Shown here one piece after another: positions 1 through 10,834 of a stretch of 64,000 bases of DNA. Every line of letters begins with the position of its first letter. Position 1 is the stretch's first letter. Location: the NCBI GenBank assembly GCA_023334545.1, contig JAADVB010000003.1, positions 62,001 to 126,000 of the forward strand, given 5' to 3'. The DNA is from Salisapilia sapeloensis CBS 127946 (taxonomy: Eukaryota; Protista; Oomycota). The position numbers and the translations under genes were made by a program. The notes beneath the pieces are model-generated. The model saw nothing but the letters and a program-made list of their open reading frames with translations. It did no database searches and was not told the DNA's origin.

Positions 1-1103
1 CCTTCTTGTAGCAAGAGCTCCTTGCCAACGCTCACGTCCCACAGTCGCCATGTATGGTCGAAACTGGTGGTGCCAACGTAATCCCCTGATGGGTGGAAGG
101 CGACTTTACCCAATCGAGCTTGATGGCCTTGTAGCACGGCCACGGCTTCCTTCTCTCCACTCTTCCATAGTCGAGCAGTGTAGTCGGCGGATCCACTGCA
201 TAGACAGATGCCTTGATTTTGCTCCTGCATGTCCGCGTAGACGTTGGAAGGGTGCCATGCGACGCCAGTGATGCGGTCTTCATGGCCACTGAGCGTCTGT
301 GCTAGCTCTGCGTCCTCTGTATTCCACACTTTAACCATACCACTCCATGATCCTGTCGCGACATGCTTCCCGTCACTTGAATAACGGACGCTAGCGACTG
401 GACGTACGTCTGCGTTCTGACTCATGACGTTGACCATGTCTGAGGTCGCTTTATACGCTTCGAGGGCGATGCTGTCTACCATCTTTTCCGTCTCCTCTAC
501 ACTTAACGCTTTTTCATACCTCTCTTTCGCTAATCTACTTTCTGCCCTAGTGCGTGAAAAGTCTAGAATATGACTACGAGCTTTCTTTAACAAGTCTTCC
601 TTGATCGGGATGTAGAAGAGTTCGTCCTCTAGTTTCTTTTCTCTTTCGAATGAGGATTTCTGCTCATTCCCGTCGGTTGATTGGAGACCTAGTTCTTCCC
701 CTTCAATCTCTCGACGACCGAGGATCTGCCGTAGACGCTCACGCCGGTCGGCAGGACGCTCACCGAATAGTGTCGCTGGTTCATTCAGTGCTCGTAGACG
801 CTGGATAACATCCTCAGCACTTGTCGGTACTGTGATATTCCGAGCTCGTCTCTCGGCTTCTGCACGACGTAGCAGCTGTGCATGCTTTTCCTGCGCAATG
901 CGACTGGTTTCCGACAGTTCGAGTACTTCTGTCTCGGCGTTGGCTGCAGCAATATTCACGTTCCCACCACGACTCGTACCGTCCATTCTGACATCCGAGG
1001 CGCCATTCGAACTAGCTGAACCTTGATCTCGTTTCACATGCGAAGGTACGAGGTCCGTCGTGCCTGCAATTGTGCCAAAGTAGATACCCTTCCGGTCGCC
1101 CAT
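1..1103 (-). CDS. PRPF4: U4/U6 snRNP protein Prp4 (PRP4 motif + WD40 repeats); 3' part runs off the left edge
   Basis: Hand translation from ATG 1103 is open to position 1: PATLFGERPADRRERLRQIL (PRP4 motif), then RPVASVRYSSDGKHVATGSWSGMVKVW, LSGHEDRITGVAWHP, LQGHQARLGKVAFHPSGDYVGTTSFDHTWRLWDV...GKELLLQEG. Absent from the ORF track because no stop lies inside the window. Confidence 0.92.
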   Translation of the reverse strand, partial: MGDRKGIYFGTIAGTTDLVPSHVKRDQGSASSNGASDVRMDGTSRGGNVNIAAANAETEVLELSETSRIAQEKHAQLLRRAEAERRARNITVPTSAEDVIQRLRALNEPATLFGERPADRRERLRQILGRREIEGEELGLQSTDGNEQKSSFEREKKLEDELFYIPIKEDLLKKARSHILDFSRTRAESRLAKERYEKALSVEETEKMVDSIALEAYKATSDMVNVMSQNADVRPVASVRYSSDGKHVATGSWSGMVKVWNTEDAELAQTLSGHEDRITGVAWHPSNVYADMQEQNQGICLCSGSADYTARLWKSGEKEAVAVLQGHQARLGKVAFHPSGDYVGTTSFDHTWRLWDVSVGKELLLQE

Positions 1104-1221
1104 ATTCGACTGCTTTGATGTGGTGTCTTGTAAAAGCTATACAATGCCACTTTTAGATGTCTACTAAAACGTTGGAATTAAACGCATAATTCGTTATTCA
1201 AGTACACGGGACATCGGACGC

Positions 1222-3191
1222 ATGGGAGCTTTTGAGGGAGACGACGCATGGGTTGCAACGCAATTGCAAGAAGCTCAAGCACGTAAAAGACGGCAAGAGC
1301 AAGATGCTCAGAAACTCATTGTAACATTTGATCGCAATGCGTTTACGAAACGTGTGCAGGTAGATGGTGTATTCTTTTGTGTCATACTTGCTATTCTCCT
1401 TGGCATGTATCCATTCTTACGTGACGAGTGTATCTGATATTGTTACATGACTAGTCTCTACTAGAGAATGACGTGAGCGATGGATTCGTCATCGGGTTAA
1501 AGCATCGGCAGGAGTTTGCTCGTCAATTATGTCATGAATACCCACTCTTTACCGAGCAGCAAAAACTCGACTTGATCCTAGCACTCGCCATCGACCTAGG
1601 GCTACAGGACCTTAACGTTATGGTCAAGACCCTGCCTCCAGTCGACCGCTCTCGCCTCGTACTGAGCGTGCTAGCCGCGACGCTAGGTTTCCATCCTCGA
1701 CACGACCCGAGTCTATCGAAGAACATCAAGCGAGGCCTCGTACCTGTCGCCGAGCGCTTTTTCCACCTCGTATCTCCTGTGCCAGAAGGCCCCGAGTTCC
1801 TCATGACCTTACGTAAAGATATCCAAAGCATCTTACGAAAACATCGCACCAAGTTCGAGAACAAGACCGTGAGGGCGCTAGAGTTTATGGATATGGTCAT
1901 GAAGATGCTATTCGCGACACAAGCGGGGATGAAAGTCCGTCGGATCGAACTATCTAGTCCTGAACTATCCTCCTTTGTCTTGTTGCACGAACGTGTGCAT
2001 CCGATCAGGACGTGGACGGATTTGAAACAGCGTGTAGAAGGCACGAATCGATACGCCTATGGTCTCTTCCACTCGCACATGCCGACGAAACCTCTCGTGT
2101 TCATCGAGCTCATGCTATCAGATCACCTGTGCAATAACTTGGATGAAGTCATGCGTCCAGATGACATACCACTCTCCAACCCCTCTCACATCCTCTTCTA
2201 CTCCATTTCCAATTCGAACACAGGTCTACGAGGTCTCAACGTAGCGTCCCACCTTCTATTCCAAACGATTGAGCTCATGAGCAAACGTTTTCCATCATGC
2301 AGTTTCTCCGCGACGTTGTCTCCTGTTCCTGGTTTTGCCAAGTGGTTACAACAAGCTCTCTTATCGATTGAATCCAGCTACGCTTTCACGAAAGCTCAGG
2401 CACAACCACTACTAGATTCCTATGGTGTCTCGCATCAACTACTAGGCAAATGGCTTTTGAAAAGATTGAAAGAAGCGAATTGGCAACGAGATCTAGACTT
2501 TGCTTCTGCCCTGCGGACAGTCTTGACCGTCGCATGTGCTCGATATGTGCTCTTTGCTAGGTCGGAGAATGGAAAAATACAAGATCCTGTGGCACACTTC
2601 CATCTACAGAATGGAGCACAAGTGGAACAAGTCAACTTCCTCGCGAATACGTCGGAGGGGGCGATGGAAAATAGCTATGGGATGATGGTCAACTACCGCT
2701 ACTGTCTACCGTCTATCCACGCCACGTCCGTCTCGTACAAGCGACAGTCGAGTGCTGCTGTCGCCCCGAGTATCGTGCGTATGCTATGGCATGGCTCAAG
2801 CGTCGTGCTGGATGAAATCGAGCGCCTGGCATCAACTCGGAACATTCCTCTCTACGCACGAACGTGTGAACGTGGAACAGTATTGTGTACGAGAGGAGAG
2901 AAGCCTTCTGCCATGTACTTCATCAGCGCTGGCAGCGTAAAAGTGAGCATGAGCTCATCGACCATGCTCGAGGCTGGAGCGAGTATCTATGACAGGGAGA
3001 TCATCGGCGGAGAACCTGTTCCATACACACTTACAACGCAATCTACGACGCATCTATTCGCTCTACCGGCAGCAGATCTACTAACGCTCCTGTCATCATC
3101 TCCTCGTCTTCAGAAGATGATCTCGTTACGACCACAGGCTGCGTCTCGTCAAGGTCATCTCCTACCGTCGTTCCTCGAGAGTAAACTGTAA
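1222..3191 (+). CDS. MLYCD: Malonyl-CoA decarboxylase fused to a C-terminal cNMP-binding-like domain, ending in PTS1 (SKL)
   Basis: MCD motifs: PLVFIELML, ILFYSISNS, TLSPVPGFAKWL, DPVAHFHLQNGA, SYGMMVNYRY. C-terminal RGTVLCTRGEKPSAMYFISAGSVKV is CNBD-like; the protein ends ESKL*. First exon inferred from ATG 1222 with an intron at ~1360-1466 (the track's 1473 start is GTG); exact 5' structure uncertain. Confidence 0.88.
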
Positions 3192-3253
3192 CAAGGAGCT
3201 TTGATTGCAAACGAAAAAGAAAATAGATTACGAACGACTTGGACGTGCCTTGC

Positions 3254-3951
3254 TCATTTCTCTGGCTTGGCAGCCTTGTTCGGAACGTCTTCAAAATTCA
3301 ATGTACCGTCCTTTAGCGCCTGGATTTCGTCTCGCGTGAGGAATCGACCGCCAGGACCACGAGGTCGACGCATGGCATGGCGATGCCGAGAGTGGTGAAG
3401 GTACGCTTTTCGTTGCTTGGGACCACCGAGCTTGGCATCGAGTTTCGCTCGTTGCTGTCGACGGATCATGATGCGATGATACTGCTTCGCGTTCACGTAC
3501 ACGGGCTCTTCATCTCCCGAAGCCTCTGTTCCGGTGGCCACGTGTGAATTCCCTTGAGATGTCATACGTTGTAGTAACGCTGGGTTCATCTACTTTCAAA
3601 TGAGTATTTTATCCATGTATTGATAAGAACCAAGGACGTACCATGAGCTGCGGCATCATCATCATGGGGTTCGAGAAAAACTGTCGACGCTGCTCTTCCG
3701 TGAGCTGACCCATCTGACCGGCTTGTCCTTGCTGAGCTTGCTACAGTCCACGTATGAGTTCCACGTCATATTTATTCTACAATTAAAAAGCATACGAGTT
3801 GCTGCATGAACTGTTGCTGTTGCTGTTGATAGAGTGCAAGTTGCGACTGCAAGTCGTTGACATTGGTCGGTGCCGTCGCCTGGGACGTCGACGTGTCGTC
3901 GGAAGAAGCTTGTGGTTGGTTCTGCATCTGCAGTTGATCGGTCGACTCCAT
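3254..3951 (-). CDS. NFYA: Nuclear transcription factor Y subunit A (HAP2/CBF-B), 3 exons, Q-rich N-terminus
   Basis: [21 protein letters not shown] and [25 protein letters not shown]. Upstream exons [12 protein letters not shown]...[11 protein letters not shown] and QAQQGQAGQ...MMMMPQLM join in frame through two GT-AG introns. Confidence 0.93.
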
Positions 3952-4047
3952 CTTGACGTTCTACTCGTCGAAGTACTCGTCACCTCGTAAGGTATCTCCT
4001 AGGTTGAAGCGTACTGGGCTCGAAAGGTAATCGTCCAAAAGTCGGCG

Positions 4048-4198
4048 CCAATTGGTCACGGCGTCGGCGTTTCTCGTTGGAGCGTTTTCGCGAATGAGAG
4101 GCCTTCCTGCTTTTGGTTGGCGCGCACTTGATAGACTAGAAGTTTGTATACAGAGGAGAGGATGTCGATTGGTGTAAATATTTAAATTTATAGCCAAT
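4048..4198. promoter_or_regulatory. CCAAT-box cluster in the bidirectional NF-YA / methyltransferase promoter
   Basis: CCAATTGG at 4048-4055 (CCAAT on both strands), ATTGG at 4168-4172 and AGCCAATGA at 4192-4200, all within the ~290-bp head-to-head interval. Confidence 0.5.
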
Positions 4199-4242
4199 GA
4201 GGTATGGGATACAGATAATAAAACAAGGGAAGGCCGGTAAGG

Positions 4243-5130
4243 ATGGAGGCTATAGGTGTATTTGAGCGTGAGGACGAAGACCGAGTGTCCGTGACGTCCA
4301 GCAAGAGTGAGAATGAAGCGGATTGGAGAAATGAGGTGGAATATGGTACCAAGATTGTCCATGTTGGAGAGTATGAAGTGCAAGTGGTACAAATGGATGA
4401 GCTGCCAGTCGCTGCGTCTCTCTTCATGCTCGCAGAGATGAATGAAAACACAAGCGAGATCTCTGGAACGCGTCTGTGGTCTGGATCCTACTGTCTTGCA
4501 AGGGTATGCCGCGATTAATGTATTTAATATGGCTTTATAACCATTATTATCCTTCCTTTCTAGTACCTAGAAATGCATCAAGAAGTAGTCAAGGGGAAGA
4601 ACACGCTAGAGTTAGGAGCTGGTACTGGTCTTTGCAGTATCATGTCGAAAAAATTGGGATCAAGCACGAGTATCGCGACGGATGGCGACGAAGAAGTGGT
4701 GGACCTCTTGCGTCAGAACATGAAGGCCAACGACGTCGACGTCCATGCCCACTCTTTATTCTGGGGTGATGCCACTGCCACTACATTCTTCTTAGACAAA
4801 TTCCCTGCAGCCTATAAGACCACAAACATTATTCTTGCGGGAGATGTCTTGTACAAACAAGAGTTACTGCCACTCTTCTTCTCGACAGTCCGTGACGTCA
4901 TGAAACAATCTGATGAATGCACACTACTACTGTGCCACATTCCACGAGCAGACGTATCGCATCAAAATGTACAAGACAAGATGACGGACGTTGGGCTCCA
5001 TTTCGTAGAGCTAGACTTACCATCGATTCCTGCCAATTCCGTGAAACCAACGCCAGACGATAGAGAACTAGAGGAGTGTCCTGTAGAGGACATGTCACGA
5101 GCAAAGCTGTACAAGGCTACTCTTCAATAG
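4243..5130 (+). CDS. METTL21/EEF1A-KMT-like (family 16) protein lysine methyltransferase, 2 exons
   Basis: SGTRLWSGSYCLAR|YL (intron 4504-4563), motif I LELGAGTGLCS, IATDGDEEVV, IILAGDVLY. Confidence 0.85.
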
Positions 5131-5166
5131 ATCGCACATTTGTCCATCTCTTCTATGCTGCTACAC

Positions 5167-8100
5167 CTATCCACACCATGGTCTTTCGGTCGAAAAGGAG
5201 GATCGTCGACGGAGATTTATCTGCATCTTGTTCATAACTTTATTCGACTGCATTCCCACGCTGCTATTCGATGACAAGGACATGCCATCGATCATGCAGC
5301 CGTAGTCTTCCGCGGCCGTCAAGAAATCGTCCAGTGAGAATTCAAACTTGCGCAAATGCTGCATCACGCACCCCAAAGCTTTCCGCTTTCCTCGATCGCC
5401 TCCACCATAGATATTCATGATCCGTGCCATAGTTTGCTCCAAATCGTTCAGTTCTTTATGAAGTTCCGACAAGCTACCTTTCGCTTTCTCTCCGGCCGGA
5501 TGAATCTGTGAGAACTGTCCATGTGACTCTGTTGAGCTCCTTTGACTTGTTGGCAATAATACATGCGTCGACTTTTGTTTGATCATCTTTATCTTCTTTC
5601 GGAATTCCTCTAGTAACTGGTTCGCCACCTCTGGGTAATGCAAACTCATCCTGTCGAGGCCAGTGCGACTGAGCACCAGCAAGTTGACATACGTCTTAGC
5701 TCGAATACTCGCAGCTCGCTTGGATCGCGTCAGCATAGCTATTTCGCCAAAGTAACTGCCTTCCTTGAGTCTTGAAACGACGACTTCTTTGCTCATATTC
5801 GCATTATATATAACTTCGGCAGTACCTCGTACGAGGAAGTACATGTGTCGTCCAGCTTGACCTTCCTTAAAGACATATTCATCTGGCGGGCAGAACTCGG
5901 GGTCTAAAATGCCCATGAGGTAGCTTACACAAGCATCGTCTTGGGAAGAAAAGAATGAAATTTTGCTGACTACATCTCGATTCAAATGCAAAACGAGTTG
6001 GCTGCGAAGGTTATTGGAAAGAGCCATTAGAATCGTTGCCTCCTGCTCATCATCTTTCCTTGCCAAGTAGTACTCATAGTACCGACGTAGTCGAGCTGCT
6101 AGAGGTTTAGACACATTCCTTTCACGCAAATATGCTTTTAGCCGATCCATTCGCTCTCGATTATCGTACCATGTCATGTAAACTTCATCAACGATGCTGG
6201 CAAGCGTACTGATAATGTAGGTAAAAGTTGACGCTCCGATGAGGACGCCACAGGTTACGTATAATACTTCTGCTGTGTTTCTCGGCGGAGTATCACCGTA
6301 ACCAACTGTCGTCATGGTTGATACGGCCCATGAAATGCAGATAACATACTTGCCCACATTGGTTTCGTATTCTAAATGATCATCCAAGACGCTTACTTTA
6401 TACACTTCGTGCGACAAGACGCTTGTGTAGTGATATCCACATGCGAGGAGATGCGCAATGAAGACTACGTTCATTGTTAGCCGAAGTAGTCTCCAGATAG
6501 TATGATGGGTATCTGCTACAGCCTGCATTCGGAGCATCGCTCGCGCAATCTTCAGTAACCTGGACAGCTTTATCAAACGTATAACACGCACAAATTGGAG
6601 TGTGCGAGCATCGGTAAGGTATGAATGAAAGATAGATGCTAAAGGCAGTGTGGAGACGAGGTCAATCCAGAACCAAAAGCGTAAGTAGGACATTGCAATT
6701 TTCTTCGAACTTGTGATCGTCAATTGGTCATTTCGATAATCCACGAGAGCTGTGCGAAAGGTTAGGACGATATCGATAGCAAAGGAAGCAATGACAACTT
6801 TCTCCATCAACTGAAGTCCCCACATCGTTTCCACTTCATCTTCGAGAAAAGTAACTTCGTATGGCACTTCAACGACCGAGTAAATGAGTAGAAGGCCAAC
6901 GTAGAAATCCCATCGGCCCTTCCAGACATTTCCAGGTAGAATGGGCTGAAGGAGGTTGCGTCGAGCCCATTGAATGGCTCCACCTTTAGGCTTTTGAGCC
7001 AAGATCTCGATCATTTTATTCTTCTCCGTGACCGAGTTGAAAACGGAGACGCCCATGGAAATTTCGAGTGACATGCGCTCGAGGACGTAAATTGGCAACG
7101 TACGATAGGAGCACAATGCACCATCAAGCAGAACGGAAAGTGTAGGATATACATTTTCAATGCCGACGACGTCTGAAACAGGGTCATTTACACGTGAATC
7201 AAGGAAAACATGGTACCGAGCAAGTGTTTGCTGGTACACACGCTCGTATAATGCATTGCGTTCGATATGGTAATTTTGCAGTGACTGCTCTGCATCTGGA
7301 AACTCTTCAATTAGTTTATCAAAGTCTTCCTTGGGCAACGTGTACAAGTCACATGTGTCTTTCGCGACATATGAGCTCGTATGGAGCGTATAGTTGAGCA
7401 ATGAAGATTCCCCAAAGATACTACGCTCTGTCAGTATTTCCATGACAATGATCCATCCACCATTTTCTGCCGTACGTTTCACTTCTACGAGTCCTTTATT
7501 TAAAATAAACATCTCTGTACCGATGCTACCTTCTCTCGCAAGTTCATCACCTGCAATAGCAATCAATGGTTTGATGTACATTGCCATATCCATGACAAAT
7601 TCATGATTGAGTCGTTGAAATGCAGGTATCCGAAAAAAAGTATGCTCGTACGTCTGATGCAACACTTCTCCTCGTAGCGATAGCGAGAACTCACATAACA
7701 GTTCTCGTTCATCAAATGCACTAGTCTTGGCAATGTAGTGTCGAAAGTAACGCATGATACTTCTCTTTAATGTCTTTGGAATCGCTTTCCGCTTAATAAA
7801 TTGCTGTACTTCCGCTAGTTTCCGTGTCCGAATCGTCTCCTCTCGGTTCCAGTTCTCCAAAATCTTCGTAATGCTGCCAATAACCAGTCCGAAGCCACCT
7901 GTACCTACAATCTCCGCGACAATCGAATAGATTCGTTCCTCCGTATTAGTTGCAACGATATCACCAAAACCGACGCCTGTGATGGTCACAATGACCCAAT
8001 AGAAGCTATAGATATATCTAGTACTCGAACCGGAGTCGACAATGTTTGCTTGTTGAATCCAGGATGTAGGTGCATCGGCTTCAAGCTCAGCATTTCCAAT

Positions 8101-8901
8101 CCAATGCCAGAAGCAAGCAAGGACATGGGCGACGAGTAGCACTTGGAAGATCAGTTGTGTCATCCGTACAACGACGACATCCAGATCCAGTAGATCTTCG
8201 AACTTCATGACGAATTCTCGAAGTTTTAGGAGTCGACCGAGCTTGGCTACTTTGAGCAAGCGCATAGCTCGAGCAAGTTTCAACGATGTGACGGATTGAT
8301 TGTGGGCAGTCGGGACAGCGAGGATGATCGGAGTTGGTAAGAGCGAGATAACATCGAAAAAGAACCACTTGGTTAAGTATCGTTTCGCAATTTTCCATCG
8401 GTCAACTACCAAGACTTCATCATCACTAGCGTAATACCCGACGAAGAAATTTTGAATGATATCGAAGACGAAGAGTATGTCTGCAAAGTTGGAAAGCCTA
8501 GTCGTTGTAAGGTTAAGATCGAGCTCTGGGAAGCCGACTTCCAATGGCACCATGATAGCACTATAGAGCACGACGATCATGATGAGCAAGTCCCATGACA
8601 ACTTTCCATTGTGCCGGGGATCAAGAACTGAAAAAAATAAAATCCTTCGCTGTTTCGTGTAGAATTTGCTCCAACGTAACTTCATCCGGTCTAGTAGACC
8701 TTGATCTTCAGCTAATACACATACAGACGATCGTTGCTGTTGAAATGAATGCCGTCGTCCATCGCTTCGGGCAGAAGTCGTTCGTGCGTCTGGTTTGGGA
8801 GGTGACGAATCCTCTTCTAGTATAGCGCTACTTCGGAGAGGGTTGCTTCGTGGGCCATTAGTATCGCCAGGACGGATTTGGTTCTTCTTGGTCATCGACA
8901 T
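5167..8901 (-). CDS. Tandem two-repeat (2 x 6TM-pore-CNBD) cyclic-nucleotide-binding-domain K+ channel, KCNH/CNGK-like, 1244 aa, intronless
   Basis: Two S1 starts (WDLLIMIVVLYSAIMVP; WDFYVGLLLIYSVVEVP), two S4 segments (ARAMRLLKVAKLGRLLK; VRVIRLIKLSRLLKIAR), two pores (TITGVGFGD; TMTTVGYGD), two C-linkers and two CNBDs. Confidence 0.92.
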   Translation of the reverse strand: MSMTKKNQIRPGDTNGPRSNPLRSSAILEEDSSPPKPDARTTSARSDGRRHSFQQQRSSVCVLAEDQGLLDRMKLRWSKFYTKQRRILFFSVLDPRHNGKLSWDLLIMIVVLYSAIMVPLEVGFPELDLNLTTTRLSNFADILFVFDIIQNFFVGYYASDDEVLVVDRWKIAKRYLTKWFFFDVISLLPTPIILAVPTAHNQSVTSLKLARAMRLLKVAKLGRLLKLREFVMKFEDLLDLDVVVVRMTQLIFQVLLVAHVLACFWHWIGNAELEADAPTSWIQQANIVDSGSSTRYIYSFYWVIVTITGVGFGDIVATNTEERIYSIVAEIVGTGGFGLVIGSITKILENWNREETIRTRKLAEVQQFIKRKAIPKTLKRSIMRYFRHYIAKTSAFDERELLCEFSLSLRGEVLHQTYEHTFFRIPAFQRLNHEFVMDMAMYIKPLIAIAGDELAREGSIGTEMFILNKGLVEVKRTAENGGWIIVMEILTERSIFGESSLLNYTLHTSSYVAKDTCDLYTLPKEDFDKLIEEFPDAEQSLQNYHIERNALYERVYQQTLARYHVFLDSRVNDPVSDVVGIENVYPTLSVLLDGALCSYRTLPIYVLERMSLEISMGVSVFNSVTEKNKMIEILAQKPKGGAIQWARRNLLQPILPGNVWKGRWDFYVGLLLIYSVVEVPYEVTFLEDEVETMWGLQLMEKVVIASFAIDIVLTFRTALVDYRNDQLTITSSKKIAMSYLRFWFWIDLVSTLPLASIFHSYLTDARTLQFVRVIRLIKLSRLLKIARAMLRMQAVADTHHTIWRLLRLTMNVVFIAHLLACGYHYTSVLSHEVYKVSVLDDHLEYETNVGKYVICISWAVSTMTTVGYGDTPPRNTAEVLYVTCGVLIGASTFTYIISTLASIVDEVYMTWYDNRERMDRLKAYLRERNVSKPLAARLRRYYEYYLARKDDEQEATILMALSNNLRSQLVLHLNRDVVSKISFFSSQDDACVSYLMGILDPEFCPPDEYVFKEGQAGRHMYFLVRGTAEVIYNANMSKEVVVSRLKEGSYFGEIAMLTRSKRAASIRAKTYVNLLVLSRTGLDRMSLHYPEVANQLLEEFRKKIKMIKQKSTHVLLPTSQRSSTESHGQFSQIHPAGEKAKGSLSELHKELNDLEQTMARIMNIYGGGDRGKRKALGCVMQHLRKFEFSLDDFLTAAEDYGCMIDGMSLSSNSSVGMQSNKVMNKMQINLRRRSSFSTERPWCG

Positions 8902-10650
8902 CGGACGATAGAGCCGATGTGAAGATCAAGATGTCGTGATAAGCAAAGTAGAAAGACTTGTGGTCCCTTCAATGCGTTTCTCTCTTTTGATTTTATTCAT
9001 GTCTGGATTGAAACGACTTCTTCCGTGCAAGATAAAATTAGTTTGTGTAGCAAGAAAGTCATGTCCATGGTTTCGACTCGTAAATGAATATCAAATCAGA
9101 CAGAAGACGCCATCAAAAGAAAAAAATAATTTGTTCCATGCTTCATTGACGGTTAGAGTCGTCGGTAGCGATGGATCACAAGCTCAGCGGTCATTTCTAC
9201 TAAATTTGGATCGGCCGTGGCTTGGAAGTTTCATTCGACTCGGTGCTGGCGGCACAGGTGGGACGGCAGCATTTTCAGCATACGACTGCACCTTACTTTC
9301 GTACCCAGTCCAGACTTGACAAGCTAGTCCGACTTGTTCACGAATGGCATCCGTTTGCTAGGAGCAAGATGAGGACTTAACAGAGTGACTAGACGCTAGC
9401 AAGCTACCTCAAGCTGATAGTTAATATCCTTCACAACTTCGCCCAATCGAAATAAGGAGCCGTTGATGCGTTGGAGGAGAACCTGTTGGCACATTCGTCA
9501 TCAAGGATGCGTTGCATATGAAGGATGAAGGTATACCTTGTGCTTCTCTTCATGTGGATCTACCGCGAACGTTAGAAGATATGCGATGCGTAAAGACAGG
9601 TAGACGTACTCTGCATCTTGGAGCTGGTCGATGATTTCGACTGGTAGCGTGTGATTTACTGGCGATGATTGGTTGAATTTACACCCGCTGACGCACGTTG
9701 ATTGGTGGCGGCGTGTCCCAGTCTCGCGTATCTTGTGAAACGGCCGTCCCTCTCTTCCGACCCGATCCGGGCTATGCCACTACTGCCCTTTCAATCTGGC
9801 AGGTACTGCTTCCCGTATGTGAAGAGACGCTGCAGGAAAACGTTTTTCGCATCCCAAAATCATAGCGCTGCCGTCTACCAGCAAGCAAGCAGCTGAGGGG
9901 ATCAGATGAAGCGGTACTACGGGACAAAAAATGTGCGGCGCGGCCATCCTCATATGGGTTCAATCGCTTCGTGCAACTTTCGACGTTTTCGCCCGGAAGA
10001 TTCGCGCACGGGTAGAGAAAAGAAGTTCAAGGCGGCGCTTGGCGCAGCCTGACTTGCTTGGTGCGAAGAGTGGCTATATCACTCCCTCTACTTACGTGTC
10101 TCTTCGATACCGCAACTTTGATGTTCGAGAGCCAAAGGCAGGAAGGAAGGAGTGAAGGAAACACAGAGGCGGATGTCGCGCAAAGAGGATGTGCCTGCAC
10201 TTGACGGCAAAACGCACGAAGTGACAGAAACGCCAGTAGAAAAAAAGTGTTCAGCAATGGGCGGCGTGTTGTAGAGCAATTGAAAGAGGGAGGCAGTTGC
10301 TGCGGGAAGTCCCAGTCTCACACGCATGGCGCTTCTAAGGGAAATTAAACCTCGGATCACGCGAAAAAAACCTTCAACCAGTAAAAAAGCCACATAAAAC
10401 CGCTTTTTCCATTTTTCTATGAAATCAACTGGTTCCATTTTTACGAGCTAAAAAAGTATCTTGCGCAAGGTGCTGCACACCACCTTGTCCAGCTCGCCTC
10501 TACATTTCCGTCATCTCCTCGCCTTGCAACCGAGACAACGAGCCGTTGATACTTGCTCTATCAACCCTTGAAATGGAACCAGTATTTCCTTCCACATTCG
10601 AATTAAACCGCTGAAGACTGCGTGCCGGAGACGAGACGAGCGTAGCGTTT

Positions 10651-10664
10651 TCATTCGCGCATTT
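10651..10664 (+). promoter_or_regulatory. Oomycete INR/FPR-like core promoter upstream of the MYB gene
   Basis: TCATTCGCGCATTT fits the TCATTYBNNNWTTY consensus, ~170 nt upstream of the MYB ATG. Confidence 0.5.
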
Positions 10665-10834
10665 CATTGGCAAATATCCGTCGTGGCGGCACGGCATTGG
10701 ATAAAAAACGGACACACAAAGAAAGAGCTTCAATCAAAAGCACGTTTGCTTTTCATTTTCCTTTTTGCGGTCGCCAACGCACCCATAAACCCACGGTTCT
10801 TCGGCCTTCCTTCGCCAAAGTCAACATCGAGGAA

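Noticed and set aside
1222-8901. Proximity of two CNBD-containing genes (MCD fusion and channel) as a cAMP gene cluster
   Set aside because: They are separated by unrelated genes, and CNBD proteins are numerous in oomycetes, so chance proximity is likely.
8936-9319. 127-aa + strand ORF next to the channel start
   Set aside because: GTG start, no domain, and it lies in the probable 5' UTR/promoter of the channel on the opposite strand.
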